This document shows, one piece after another, positions 27,274-42,509 of a stretch of DNA of 64,000 bases. Below the pieces are notes generated by a model, which saw only the letters and a list, made by a program, of their open reading frames with translations, was not told the origin of the DNA and searched no databases. This DNA is from Eledone cirrhosa. Lineage: Eukaryota. A program made the translations under genes and the position numbers. Positions within the stretch are counted from its first letter, which is position 1. Each line of letters begins with the position of its first letter. The stretch lies in contig OZ024750.1 of the NCBI GenBank assembly GCA_964016885.1, forward strand, positions 20,336,001 through 20,400,000, read 5' to 3'.

Positions 27274-27337
<64 letters not shown>

Positions 27338-27725
27338 TTTTATATGTGTGTGTGTTTGCACTTGTGCGAAATGTAAACGAAATCAACAAAGCAAAAAGAA
27401 CAGTGAATTTGAATATATTAGATTAATGCTTTATATAGTAGGAACACTGTTTAAAGTGTTCAGTTGGGGAAAATGTTGGTCACAGGGTATCTCAGATATT
27501 AGAAATGCTTTGAAAGGGAGAAAAACACTGTATATTCCGAGTGGATATGTAAGTGTGTGTTTGTGTGTTTCTGTCTGTGTGTGCGTGAGTGGGTGCATGT
27601 GTGTTGGTGTGCTTGTCCGTCTCTGCTAATCTGAGAATGGATCTGTGGGACTTTAGATGTGTGTGCGTGCGTGCGTGAACAAATGCTGACCAAATTCCGG
27701 AGACATACCTATGTATGTGAAATTC

Positions 27726-27759
<34 letters not shown>

Positions 27760-28359
27760 AGCTTTATTTACGGTTCGTACACAATGTTCTGGCAGTGTTC
27801 TCGGGTAGGAATTCTATTAGGTATACTCTCATATTCTCTGATGTTCATATGGTACTGATGTCCTTATGACATTCTAAAGACACTGTCGTGTTACATGACT
27901 TGCCCAGTGAAACTTAAACATGTTTTATCCTACCCCACGCTAAGTTCTTAAACACCCGTTATTTTCCAGGGACATACAGAGACAGATAGATATAGAGAGA
28001 GAGAGAAAGGGAAAGAGAGACATAGAGAGATAAGGAGATAGTGAGGCAGAGAAAAAGGAAGATAGAGTTAGAAAGATTGCGAGAGAAAGAAACATATAGT
28101 GAGTAATGAGTTAATCACATTGAGGAGGAAATGACAGTGGTAGTTTAATTGTCAAACAGGAAATACCGAAAGGTAAGGTTAGCATTTGAACTGAAACAAG
28201 AAACTCTATGCTAACTGATAACATGTTATACATGCACGCATGAACCAAAAAATAATGAAGCTCTTTTGTTGAAATGTATTTACATTTTTACTGTGTATCT
28301 CATGTTTCGCAGCAGGCTGGCTCAAGTTCACCAATCAAGGCTATGGAAATAACTTCATT

Positions 28360-28628
28360 ATTACGGGGTCGATAAAAATAAAGTACCAGTAATGCACTGG
28401 TTAATTGGTGGCCTTGTGCCTAAAGTAGAAACAACTATTACTATGGTGGATTGGCAGGATCGGTAGAGGGTCAGACGCCATGCTTTGCAGCACAGTTAAT
28501 TCCCTTTACGAACTGAGTTCAAATCCCGCCGAGGTTAAGTTTGCCTTTCATCCTTACGGGGTCGATAAAATAAAGTACCAGTACTGTACTGGGTAATTTC
28601 TGGCCTTGTGCCAAAAGTAGAAACAATT
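28360..28628 (+). mobile_element. Tandem SINEs (3' fragment 28360-28438 + full copy 28445-28628)
   Basis: Two successive core/tail matches. Confidence 0.9.
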
Positions 28629-28861
28629 ATTAATATGCTTTTTGGACTATTTCAACAAAATATGTTTGATTGTGTGTGAATCAGCAGTCTAAAGAGCAGA
28701 TCAATAATTGAATCATGTCAATAATTTGTGTGGATGACATTGAGCCAATTATCTGCTAAAGATGCGTGACATATCGATACACAATAAGAAAACTAAATGC
28801 ACGTAAACGAAAGTGCATAGTCATTCTTAATATATAAAGTGTGTCGGCGCATCTATTGCTG

Positions 28862-28921
<60 letters not shown>

Positions 28922-29205
28922 AGAGAGGGAGAGAGAGATATAGTGCTAGATATGTATGTGTGTGTCTTTGTAGATATACGCATGCATACATACATGCATA
29001 CCTACATACTTTCATACAGTTACATAAATACAACGATAGTGCAACATAGTCTAAAATTATCAATGTATATATACTCATGTGTGAGGAAATAGGTTACTTG
29101 TTTGTCTGATAGATTTTCAGTAAGTTTTAAAATGAAGTCTTTTGAACATTTTCCACAAATATTTGATGTATATATTGTATAATCATTATACTGTTTTTCA
29201 GTATG

Positions 29206-29393
29206 GGCGGTGGATTGGCAGTATCCGTAGAGGTTCGGACGCCATGCTTTGACGCATAGAGTTACGGCCCTTGCCATTCTGAGTTCAAATCCCGCCGAGG
29301 TTAACTTTGCCTTTCATCCTTACGGGGTCGATAAAATAAAGTGCCAGTAATGTACTGGGAATTTCTGGCCTTGTGCCAATAGTAGAAACAATT
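29206..29393 (+). mobile_element. tRNA-derived SINE, full length
   Basis: A-box, B-box, core and tail all present. Confidence 0.92.
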
Positions 29394-29758
29394 ATACTGT
29401 TTTTCAACAAGGTCGTCTTGTTTTCAATTTAAGAATATAAAAGGGAGGCAGTATTTACTTATTCTTGTAAACTAGCATATTTAAGACTTCAAATATATGT
29501 TTACATTTGTTTCAGTGTGAGAGTAACCAATAACAATTTTCCCAAATTGAATTTTGGTTAAATTTCTAGAAAATTGATATTTACATGGAAACTGTTTCTA
29601 ATATAAGGAAAAGAGTCATTCATAAAATGCATTATTTACATAAAACAGACAAATTCTCTATGAGTTTTAGGTATTGACTATATATCACTTACTTAGTGTC
29701 GGCAAAAACAAACGGAAGCAACTGACAGATGTTTCTCGTTTGTTAACGGTTATATATA

Positions 29759-29815
<57 letters not shown>

Positions 29816-29816
<1 letters not shown>

Positions 29817-30158
29817 CTTCAAAATGTTAACAAATATAGACATTTGTGTGATCAAGTATGTTTTATTAGACATATTTCAGAGGTACTGAGCTATCTTCAA
29901 CAGTATGTCCTCATCAGATACAATAAGATGATGCATGACATACCCTGACTTAGTAGATGGTTAAGATTCAGTCATCGTAGTGAATAATATATGACAAAAC
30001 ACACGCACCCTCTGCAGTATATGTAAATGTTTTCATGTCTCAATCTTAAGGTATATAAATATTGAGTTTTGTCATATCTTATTCATTACCATGACTGAAT
30101 CTTCCAATCTATTGTAAAACTCATTCTTTGATTTATTCATTGAACCTTGTTTAACCTT

Positions 30159-30161
<3 letters not shown>
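29816..30161. mobile_element. Family C copy (inverted arm with hammerhead 29861-29925 on minus strand + tail)
   Basis: 29816-29980 matches 35237-35403; 30095-30161 matches the tail at 35600-35667. Confidence 0.8.
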
Positions 30162-30198
<37 letters not shown>

Positions 30199-30579
30199 AA
30201 ATTGAGGTTGGTAATGGCACATGGAATATATAAGAGACAGAATACTTTTTTGTGAAAAAACATAATTTTATAAGGTAAGGAAATAATAAAGGGTATAAAA
30301 AATGACCGGTTTCGATGGGTCTGCAAAAGCCATCTTTTCAAATGTTGATTAATATTAAGAAAAATTAATAATACGAAGAGTTAAAATTTGAGACTTGAAA
30401 ATTCAAGTATAAAATTCATTGTGGGATTTCATAGCAGTTTTCATCTAGGTAGCAACAACAGGTTGACTGCTGTGTCCCTTTCTGGTAGTGAATGAGAAGT
30501 TATTTGGGGTGTGGGTTATTTTATAAAGGTCAGATTTAGCAATAGCCAGCTGCTGGTCAGTGAGGGGGTGGAAGCAATA

Positions 30580-30618
30580 TACACACACATACCTTCATCC
30601 ACACATACATACACATAC

Positions 30619-30659
<41 letters not shown>

Positions 30660-30728
30660 CACACATACATACACACACACATACATATACATACACACAT
30701 ACACACACACACACATATATATACACAT

Positions 30729-30775
<47 letters not shown>

Positions 30776-30806
30776 TATATATACATACACATACATCCAG
30801 ATACAC

Positions 30807-30849
<43 letters not shown>

Positions 30850-30854
30850 CACAC

Positions 30855-30892
<38 letters not shown>

Positions 30893-30955
30893 CCCCACAC
30901 ATACATACACACACACATATATATATATACATACACACATACAAACATACACACA

Positions 30956-30989
<34 letters not shown>

Positions 30990-31034
30990 TGCATATATAT
31001 ATATATATACACATACGCATACATCCAGATACCC

Positions 31035-31065
<31 letters not shown>

Positions 31066-31170
31066 ATACATACATCCACATGCACACACATACTCACACA
31101 CACACACACACACATACATACACCCACACACAGAGAAATGGCCTTCAAATATATATATATATATATACAT
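30580..31170. repeat. Complex (CA)n/(TA)n low-complexity tract
   Basis: Direct reading. Confidence 0.95.
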
Positions 31171-33578
31171 ACAGACACATATATTTTTTCCATAATATAA
31201 GAAGTTGGGGCAGTGAAATTAAAATAATTCTGTGTGCGCATATATATATAGATATACGTGTGTGCACGTGCAGGGTTTAACATGGATGTGTTGGTCACAT
31301 ATACATACATATATATATTCAATACACTAACAGAGAAAGCTTTAAGCAATACTCCGACCGGCTTCCGTCACACTCAACAAACATTACGATATACCTTAGT
31401 ATAATCCCAATTATACGTTTGGGGTGCTAACTATACGTATTTTGCGGATAGCCAGTTGTATTATTTTATGAGACATATATATATATTGATCAGAACACCA
31501 TATTGTTCTTTTGTGTGAATGCATGTGTTGGTGGTACCTTAGTACCTTACGTTTAACTTGGTGAGTTGTTTGTTATAATATAAATCACAAAATACATCGG
31601 CCTGTCTAACAAATGATATACTCTTGATTGAACGTAGCAAATGGCAGTTTGGTAACATACTTTGGTTAAAGAGGTTCCATATATGGTGATATGTTTATTA
31701 CAAACGCATCGGCATTCCAACTAAATAAAAGGAACCGTAAGAATAAAAGCAACTTTACTTGTGGTGATAACGTTTCTGATAAAATACTAATATGTGCACA
31801 GGTTTTATATGTGTAGACATAAAACGGCTCGCCATATTAATAATATCAGGAGAAACACAAAAATATTAAGAACAGCAAAGCCACATGTGTAATAATATCT
31901 ACGTACAGTGCGGTTAATGCAAGAAAACCACCAACGGCAAGGCGAAAAATCAATAGATTCATCATGACCTGCTGTGAACCAATGAACTCTCTAACACGTG
32001 TCTTAGACAATTACTCCCTCCAGCAGAATAATTAAACAGTAAAATTTTATATTTGTTTCAGTAATATTTATATTTTATTTGTTTTTAGTGTTTGACTAGG
32101 AATAAAAACGAATAACAGTATTGAATGATATTGAATATATATTAAGTTATTCACAACAGAAATATAAATTTACAATACCCTCAGAGATTTGACATCGACT
32201 GTATAATGGCATTACGCATAACTTTGTTAAAATATGGTCGCCGTTTACGAATAAGCGTAGATATGAAATTGTGCACTCACATAAAACGATTGTTAAAAGC
32301 TCAGACACATAAACTTAAGCTCTTTATCCATGCATATATGTGAATGCATGGGATTTCTTATTCCTGTGGTTATGAAGTCATAAGTTCGATTGCCGGAAAC
32401 GCGTTTTGGTCTTGATAAACACACGCCATATCACTTGCCTCAGTCTATGTACATAGCTGGCATACAGGAATTTTAACTGACATATAGTAGACGAGATTTG
32501 TGACACAGCGTGTCACTCTGAATCACAATGAGAAATACATTAAGTGTGTAAATGTCAGTGGATAGGGAAATGTCAAATTAGAATGAAAATGAACAGAATG
32601 CAGATATAAAACAAGGAGATCAAGTATTAAAGTATATAATTATAATATATAGCATTAAATGTGAGAATGTTCTGTAGGAGCAAACTGCTCAAGATGTCAT
32701 CAATACATATATGGGATTATTCTCTGTATATATATATATATATATATATATGTAGATAAATCTACCAAGAGTTTACGGTAGTGTCCAATCCGTATATATA
32801 TATAAGATTTGAACAATCAACGTCATGTGTTAGTCAGTAATGTGTAAAATAATATGTTACATGTTATGCAGTAACGTGTAAAATAATAGTATTTGTGAAG
32901 GTCCGATGTAAATGTTCAACATTCATTTATGCATAAAGCTGTGTTACATATTACATGACGTTCATGGCTATATGATACTTTGATCTCGCAATCAGTAACG
33001 ATATGTCATCAAACAACATTGTATGCAATAATGTTGACAATTCAATATAAGCTAAAGAGAAAGGAACCGATCGATACGATGCTGTTGCTACTGAGGTCCT
33101 TTCCCTTAACTCTACAGATGTTAGTGAGCCTTTAGTTGATGGATTAAATGACCATCAACCCAAATCCCACTATTTGAGATATGACTATCTGACACATCAA
33201 CACAGCCTTCCTCCACTTCTGCTGACATATTACTGCCAACAATACATATTTTACTTTACTGCAGTTAATAAGAGCATTAATCTAATATTCCGGTGGTGGT
33301 ACGTGAACCCCAGCCTTCTATTTCATTTGTTTAAAGAAAAAACGTGGGGCACTTCACTGTCCGCAAATACTTATAATGAATGAATGTAATAAGTATATAG
33401 ATTGGAAGAGAGATAAATCAATGTTAAGTGGTTATAAATGAAAATTTAATATTCAAAATTCAAATTTCATAATTAACAGTTTAATGTTAATGATTAAAAA
33501 TGAAGACGTGTCCAGTTATATGAAGTACATGACCTACAAAATATACGAGAAACAAGTCAAGGCAAAAGGAATCTAATA

Positions 33579-33653
33579 ATTGTTTCTACTTTTGGCACAA
33601 GGCCAGCAATTATCCCAGTGTATTACTGCTACTTTATTTTATCGACCCCGTAA
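33579..33653 (-). mobile_element. SINE 3' fragment
   Basis: ttgtttctacttttggcacaaggccagcaatt...atcgacccc. Confidence 0.85.
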
Positions 33654-33893
33654 GAAATATAATAATAAATGAATAAAACATAAGTAAATACAGAATAGAG
33701 AGCTATGTACACACGCATATGCAATATAAAAAATTACCCACCGCATTAGCAATTAAAATACGTGATAATCAGAAATCAGTATTAAACTGTAGATAGGTGC
33801 GTAAGAAAGACTATTAACTGTAATCAGCAAATATATTAATCAGGTCACTAATAACCTCGAATAGGAAAATACAGTAAAGGATTATCTATGTGT

Positions 33894-33937
<44 letters not shown>

Positions 33938-35081
33938 ATATATAGGCATATATATGTATGTATGAGTGTATGTATGTATATTTGTGTGTATGTGTGTGTG
34001 TCTATATGTGTATTGTGTGTTCAAGTGGACTTGAGAAATACCAAACCCAGCATGAATTCATTGAAGTGTGTCAGCCAGAGGGTAACGGATGGACAGCCTG
34101 ACTGCAACTATTGGCCAGAATTTATGATGACGTGGAAAAACAACAGCCAACAGCAGGACAAGCGAGGAAGATGTTTTTTGACGCTAACACCCAGTGAGAA
34201 ATTTTGGTCCGGAATTATTGCCTGTGTCCGAAGAACGTTCAGTTTCCAGAATCAGAGAGATTCATAGAATGATCGTGTCACGAGCTTTCTGCCGGCGAAA
34301 CAATTGTAACACACAATAAATTGAGTCCAGATGCATCACTGATTTTTCGTTTTATATCATATATATATATATATTCACGTGTATATCTATAGTGTCAACT
34401 AGAACTTGAGATTACCTTCTCTTTTTCTCTTTCTTTCTTTTTCCGGAAAGTACATATATACTTATGTATTTTTGAAGTTTTATCTCAGGTTTTGGTATAT
34501 CGACCTAAGAATTTTTAAACTAAGCATATGGTCATTATTTTTCACACATTATATATCTATGTCCCATTCATGAATATTGATATTTACATTATAATACCCA
34601 ATTGATAATTCAAATTGATAGGACATAACGTAAAGTTGTAAATCTGCCATCCTTCTCTCTAGATATAGCTCTTTCTTCCCCTCCCTCTATACATGATGAA
34701 ATTTAAGTATCGCTGTTTTCTCTTTATTTATTTTTTTTATTTCTCTCCGTCTCCTTAACACTATAACTAAATAAATAATTAAATAAATAATTACTCCCAC
34801 CCTCCTAAATCTCTCAATTTGTATGATGAATTATTATTATTCATCTGTTGCCTCAGCTGCCTCTCATTTTTCACCCCCTCACTATTTTTCTCTCTCCCAT
34901 ATCTCTCTCTATCTCTCTCTGTTTTTCTTTACATACATTTATTCCTTCTCTCCGTCTTTCTTTCTAACTGTGCTTAACACTAAATATTTACAAACATTTC
35001 ACTACCAAACCAACTTTTTAAATGGAAGTTGATCAATATTTATGGTACGTCAAATTTATTTATAAAACTGCTTATATATTA

Positions 35082-35147
35082 TATTTTATCTGAAGAAGGC
35101 ATGCCATATTTTTAATATGGCATCCCTGAAATATGTATAATGAAATA
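35082..35147 (+). ncRNA. Hammerhead ribozyme motif, family A second copy (arm 35040-35190)
   Basis: TATTTTAT-CTGAAGA-AGG-C-ATGCCATATT-ttt-AATATGGCAT-C-CCT-GAAA-TATGTA-TA-ATGAAATA; perfect 10-bp distal helix II. Confidence 0.85.
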
Positions 35148-35187
35148 AATATGGTTTTATAAATATAGTTTCCATTTGTTTAATATC

Positions 35188-35235
<48 letters not shown>

Positions 35236-35240
<5 letters not shown>

Positions 35241-35666
35241 TTCAAAATATTAACAAAATAGATATTCTTGTGATCAATTATATTTTATTATACATATTTC
35301 AGCGGTACCGAGTTAGTTCAACAATACTGTCCTCATCAGATAAAATAACATGATGCATGACATACCCTGACATAGTAGATGGTTAAGATTCAGTCATGGT
35401 AGTCTACTATGCCTGAATCTTAACCATCTACTATGTCAGGGTATGCCATACATCATCTTATTTTATCTGATGGGGACGTACTGTTGAACTTAACTCAGTA
35501 CCTCTGAAATATGTATAATAAAATATAATTGATCACAAGAATATCTATTTTGTTAATATTTTGAATTAATATTAATAACTGTGGAAAACATTTCTATGCT
35601 GAGTGCTTCCAATCTATTGTGAAACTCATTCTTTGATGTATTCATTGAACCTTGTTTAACCTTTAA

Positions 35667-35667
<1 letters not shown>
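35236..35667 (+). mobile_element. Fold-back element family C: ~167-bp palindrome + tail, in (TA)n
   Basis: Centre at 35403. Hammerhead motifs at 35281-35347 (-, CTGATGA intact) and 35459-35525 (+, CTGATGG). Confidence 0.88.
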
Positions 35668-35704
<37 letters not shown>

Positions 35705-35724
35705 CTGTATATGTGTGTATATAC

Positions 35725-35762
<38 letters not shown>

Positions 35763-36481
35763 TTGATGTACAGTTGTTTAATATTAAGAGCATCTTTAAA
35801 TGTTAATTGGAAGCCGTAATATAGTTATCTATATCGTAATTATATATTAATTCTATTCAGCTACATATTTGCAGGTGATATATTTCACAGCTAAAGCAAA
35901 TACTGATACACAATATATTACAGAGAAGCTGTAAATGTACAGATGTGGACGTCGTTATCTTATATAGCGGCTGGCTTTTATTAATGATCTCTTAACATAG
36001 AAAATGCGTGCGATGTAAGATATGTGAACTGATTCATCTGCTCCACTATCAAACAATTTTTTCTGAATGTGTAATGAGAAAGTGAAATAGCACTTTGTTT
36101 GGAAAAAACACACGTTCTTTATTATACAAAAGATTGATATCACACGTAAATAGGTTTTAAAACAAATAGACTTAATTATAAAGCTGGTAAGTACAACGAT
36201 GAAATAAAACACGAGGTAGGACTGCCTTGCAATTAAAGTCTTCTGCGTTTTAACTATTCATCAGGAATAGTAAACAATAAAGTGCTTCTTTGTCTGAAGT
36301 GAAACACGGTCGGGCACACACACACTCACACACACACACTCACACATATATATGTATATATATATAGAGAGAGAGAAGAGGAGGAGGGAGTATGCGTTGC
36401 TGAGCCTGAGGAGACGACTAACCATGTCAGTACTCGGCTTATCAGTGTGGTCAGGGTTTTAAACATGTTTCTCCTCTCTCG

Positions 36482-36574
<93 letters not shown>

Positions 36575-39500
36575 TCTTTCTCTCTCTCTCATCTCTCTCT
36601 CTCTCCCACCGCATCACCAATAATCCCGACTAGAAATGAAACACAACCTACTAGCAAAAGATTATAGAAAACTGCAACAGTAAGCAGCCGGTGATCTGCC
36701 CTTAATATGTAAATAACTCTACAGAAATAATGTTTATGAATGCAAGATAATAACAACGAAAGACTCATAAATGTATATTGGCGCAGTAGTGAACCAGTAG
36801 TTAAACAATGCTTCTATGTGGACACGCATTTTCTAAAACAAAAACCAACAACAACAAAAAAACGCTACCCTACAGAAAACAACAGAGCTCGCGAGTAAGA
36901 TTTAATATCTGAAAAATGAGTTCGTATATATAATATCATTGTCGGTAGTACAGTCTGCAAAACCATACCCGGTAGAACGTAGAGAATGTAACATCTCTTT
37001 GTTTGAATTCATAGATACCTACTAAACTCTAGCCACGACTAGATTTGCAGCTGTCTGCACAAGTCATAACATATATTTTATTGATATACAGAATTAACAA
37101 ATTACGTAAACATATGCAAGAGCAGCTAAATCTCAACAAAATAACCAACATTTCCCTAGATAGAACAACGCATTAATCTACTCCGAATAATAACCACTTA
37201 CGCTCTAAATCACACAATACAAATATACAATTAACATACACCAAATCCCGAGAGGCATGTCTAAGAATTACTTAACTCTACTCCTAAAAACAAATTAATC
37301 TCACTGAAACAGACGTTTACAACTAAAAAAAAAATAAAATCTAAAGTACATTTTGTCAGACAACTCAGATAATATATTTCATTTGAACATTAGAACTACC
37401 AGGGCTAAAATAAAGAAATAAAACTAACATCACATGGTAATAGTAGGCCATTTTAAACCCATACATATATAGTTAATCTAGAACATTTGCTTATGCACAC
37501 CGAGCACCTTAGCTCCAACCACAATGTATCAAAACCTTTATCTGGTGCTAAATAATAACGACCTGTAAAAAACAATAAACACATTGAGTATACATCCAGA
37601 ACAAAATAGCTATACAGAAATTACGTCGCCAATAAAAAATACAATTCTAGACACAGGCTTAATAAAGGAAGATGTTGAAGCAAATACTTCCATTATATCC
37701 GTCTAAAATTTAATAAATAAATAACAATATATTCAACATAGCTGGAAGATTCCACCAGTCCACAACAAACTGTTAAAATCGAAGCAAATGTCATATGTCA
37801 ATTTATTTTCATAACATTCTGAACCTAGAAAGTTGATTGGTCTGTCGTATGTTTGTATCATCTTGTAATTCCCGGGGGGAGTCGTAGGGGCACCATATTT
37901 ATACACGACCTTTCTATGGCTTTGTTTTTTTAAACCTAGTAGAGCCGAATTCTTCTCCTAATTCTTAGGTCAATCTATCTAAAACAACACTGTTTACCTC
38001 AAAAGAGATGTGAACTGTACATTTTACTGCATAGAATTCGAACAAATTACATAACGTTTCGCAAACTGGTGCAGGCCTCGCACACAACCAATGCAATGAA
38101 ACACTTGTGGTAAAATATTATTAAGTGAAATATTTCTATGAATAATTCTGCGGCCTTTTTAATAATGGTGTCATCCTCTGCTCATTTAATAAAAGTAAAG
38201 CTGTACGATTTAGCTTTGCAATTCAATTTCTAGTTAGAGCAGTCAACCGGTATTTAAAACGTTCGATACAGTACTGTATACAAGAATACCAGATATAAAA
38301 TATAGATATATAAACTGAAGATCATCATTCTCTATTATGTTTTTTTTCCATCATATATATGTACATAGATTTACATTAAGATAGCATATTATCGCTTCTT
38401 TATGTTTTTATGTAAAGATTTATTAAATTCAAATATTATACAAATCATTTTATGCACATTATACAAATGAATGCGTGTTGACGTTTGCAATAAATTCTAT
38501 TTAAATATGGAACAAAAGTCTAGACACCATTGATGCATAATAGTTCCATAGATTGTATTGAAGCATCACTGGAATTCTAAAAAAAATTCAAACCGTGCCT
38601 TATCATTTTCGTTCGGAAACTGAGAAAAAAACTTTGCAATGGTGTTCTATGTTAATTATAAATGTTAAAGAACTAAACACCATAATTCTAATGTGAATCA
38701 CCATTGTGATATTTGCTTTAAAACAAAATTCTTCATGAACTGAAATTGGATAAATAGTTTCCATTTGACCAGATAATTTTCGGATCGGCAAGCACTTTCT
38801 AAATAAAAATGAAATGTATTCAGCAAGTTCCAGGCTCTTTATTGAATAACTTAGTTTTAAAAAGGATACTATAGTTCAATAACAATAAATTTCGTGAATA
38901 TGATGTTCTTCTTCGTATGAAATTCTTTACAAACAAATTGAACTAAATCAAACTCATATAATTAGACTCATAACTTTAAAATCTTGGAAACCAGGGCATA
39001 TCTTTCATCCACATATACTTTATAGTCATGGGATTACAGATACCAGATTTTTACTCAAGTAAGTATGTTGAATTTGAGAAATTGTCAAATTTGTTGAGGG
39101 AATTATATAATGAATAACGTCCTTCTGGAAAAAAAACATATTCTTATATACTAAGAAATAGAGCTTGTTAGAGTATTGTATAGTTTTATAGTCATATATC
39201 AACTGACATCAATCTAATTTTACTTTATAATGATTCCTTTAAAATTGATTTTGCTAATTTGGCTACGCCTAAATTTCAATTCCATGCAAGTAAATCAATT
39301 TTCATGAAATAATTATTGTGCCACTGAATCTATGGTGGAGTCTCACATACCTTACTATATTGCTTAATATTGTGTATGTTTGGACCTTGGTTGATTCCGA
39401 CAACGTTGGAATTAACACGCCAGGGAACGCGCTTTCGAAAGAAATGTGTCTAAGCACAATATAGATATCGGATGGATTCAGAATAACACAGCACCTGCGA

Positions 39501-40249
39501 TCTCTGCGTATATGGTGGTAATTATGATCGACAATGATTGGTTAGTTTAGGAATGGGAATATTCATGCCTCTGTCTAATTATCTGTGAGTTATCATACAT
39601 CATAAGTCAAACTATATTATAGAGAAGTATATATATTATAAGCGCAGGTATAAGCATTTTAATGAGTTTGCATCAAATAGACATTATGGATGTGCTCACT
39701 CCTGCATGTTTCTGTTACTATAATCTCGGGATGACCAATGTGTTCTGGCTTAAATTTGGTGAAAGACGCCCGCAGAATCGCGTCGGCTACGTATGTGAGC
39801 TTACGTTGGCGTTTGGTGTCTACGTTTAGCGTTTCCCAATGGTTCCTCAAAAAAGAACTGATAGAATATATGAGAGTTAGGAAAATAAATCAATGCTCAC
39901 ATCCTTATGATCAACCATATCTTTTTAAGGTGATGCCGCAGTGTCGTTGCAATCTAACGACCTAAAAGTGTGTAAGAATTAGCTATGATATGCCTAATTC
40001 TTGTACAGAAAATTATACATTACATGTGAGAGTTCATTTGCGAATTGCAAAAGAAAATTCTAAAATTCTGACCATGATAAAAATAACTTGAAGTGAGGTT
40101 TGATGACTTGAACTAATTCTTTAGTTGAGATAATTCTGTGAAAAATAAATATCAAGCAACATAACAGCTCACTTAATTTAATGGTATAATTTAACATAAA
40201 ATGATTAAGTCTCATTCCAATAATGTATATTAGACCAGTAAAAAAGCAA

Positions 40250-40302
40250 TTATCATTATTGTTATTATTATTATTATTATTTTTATTATTATTATTATTA
40301 TT

Positions 40303-40341
<39 letters not shown>
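40250..40341. repeat. Compound (TTA)n-(TTG)n trinucleotide repeat
   Basis: Direct reading; explains the poly-L and poly-Q ORFs. Confidence 0.95.
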
Positions 40342-40449
40342 GCAATGTTGCTGCTTTTATACGGTTCTTACATTCTATCATAAAATCAATTATTATTCTC
40401 CAGACATCAGATAGAGGTTGATATTTATGAAATGTTATAGAAGAAAGGC

Positions 40450-40563
<114 letters not shown>

Positions 40564-41011
40564 TTTCCATATTACAGATAACTATAATAATAATTGATAG
40601 CTATAAAACAATAAATAGTAGTTAGTTAAATCGGTAAAAGGGAATAGAGATAATATCCAGGCGAGTGTTTGAATCTATTTATTCAAGTATTTATATAGCT
40701 ATCAACAATATTTAAGGTATCTGGAATAAATGAAAGTCTATTCTTTTCGCAATATTAACTTTATTGAAAGGAAAGTGAGAGAGTGATAGATTTCGCAACC
40801 AGTCACGAAGTAGCTGAACTAAAACGTCTGTCTAATTCAGATACCATTATTTATGAGTAAGCATCAGGAAAAATATTGACCTCGAACAGGATTTGAACCC
40901 AGATGGTAAAATTGCAGAACAATTACTACGACTCAATCTGATGCGGCAATAATCGCAAACATTCTACAGTACTGCGCTCGGCATACAAATCATGTTTGTA
41001 TTGACGAAGAA

Positions 41012-41173
<162 letters not shown>

Positions 41174-41444
41174 GATAAATCTACCAAGAGTTTACGGTAG
41201 TGTCCAATCCGTATGAAGAACTCAATGTAGTCCGGATATCATGGAAAGAAGACGGCATATATGTGTGTTTGGTATGTATATTTAATCTTGATAGTTTGTA
41301 TAATTTTGTATAATTTTGTACATAGATCTGTTGAATATGCATGCCAATTCTAACACATATATATCCTAGAAACGATCGTTAAATAATGAACTTTTTTTGT
41401 TTAATATAAGGAACTGTTTCATTGTTTTATTCATTATTTTTTTA

Positions 41445-41534
<90 letters not shown>

Positions 41535-41539
41535 TACAC

Positions 41540-41614
<75 letters not shown>

Positions 41615-41761
41615 AACGAGTAGGACCCCAGATTTAGCCTTCGAAACGGCTTGAGCTCAGCCGTCAGGGTCCTACTCGTTCCTATTACCCACTCTACTAC
41701 CCTAAGTATTGGGTACTTTGGTGCGTTATGGTCCACCTGGTCCCTTACCACATTTCCTTCG

Positions 41762-41809
<48 letters not shown>

Positions 41810-41814
<5 letters not shown>

Positions 41815-42026
41815 TAAGAGGAATTCCAACTTTGTCTGATTTACTCGTTTTATTTACAATCCTTTAAAATATATAATGGTATTATAATGAAATAGTATGA
41901 TAGAATATTAAATTCTAAGTGTTAATTGAACAAGTACTTTCATGCTTTCGCAATCTTCAGGTTCATAATATGTGGTGACAGTCGAGTTTGCAATTTTCAA
42001 CTGTGAAAATTGCAAACTCGACTGTG
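41810..42026 (-). mobile_element. Family H copy with hammerhead (41927-41965, minus) and short terminal fold-back
   Basis: Reverse complement of 46082-46277; ends in the hairpin acagtcgagtttgcaattttca-actg-tgaaaattgcaaactcgactgt. Confidence 0.85.
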
Positions 42027-42062
42027 TATATTTACCTATCTATATCTATATATATATATATA

Positions 42063-42509
42063 TATATATTGGTAAACGGAATAGAAAATGCTGACAAATT
42101 GTTCACAGTTGAAAAATGGTTTAATTAGGAATAAAAGAGTAATAGTGATTGTATGGGTTAGTATTCAGTTGTGGTTTTAAGTTTTTAAGTTTTTACCGGT
42201 TGCGCATTTCTAAATGCTTTTCAAAAATAATTTTGAGATTGAGTGTCCGTGCTATTTGCTCTGAGCAAACAGATCAGAGCAAACAGCACGGACACTCAAT
42301 CTCAAAATTATTTTTGAAAAACATTTAGAAATGCGCAACCGGTAAAAACTTAAAAAACTTAAAACCACAACTGAATACTAACCCATACAATCACTAATAC
42401 TCTTTTATTCCTAATTAAACCATTTTTCAACTGTGAACAATTTGTCAGCATTTTCTATTCCGTTTACCAATATATAATAACTCGTGTGTTACACCTCTAT
42501 TCTTTTAAC
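42063..42509 (+). mobile_element. Fold-back element family G: ~200-bp palindrome + tail
   Basis: 42063-42264 vs 42274-42476. Core TTGAAAA-(G/A)CATTT-ag-AAATGC-GCAA-CCGG-TA. Confidence 0.88.

Noticed and set aside
36400-36475. CTGAGGA...taaacatgtttc hammerhead-like remnant
   Set aside because: GAAA is mutated and helix II pairing is poor.
37000-37800. A/C-rich stretch with MVIVGHF, resembling the APE endonuclease GDFN motif
   Set aside because: A single weak motif with no sustained frame.
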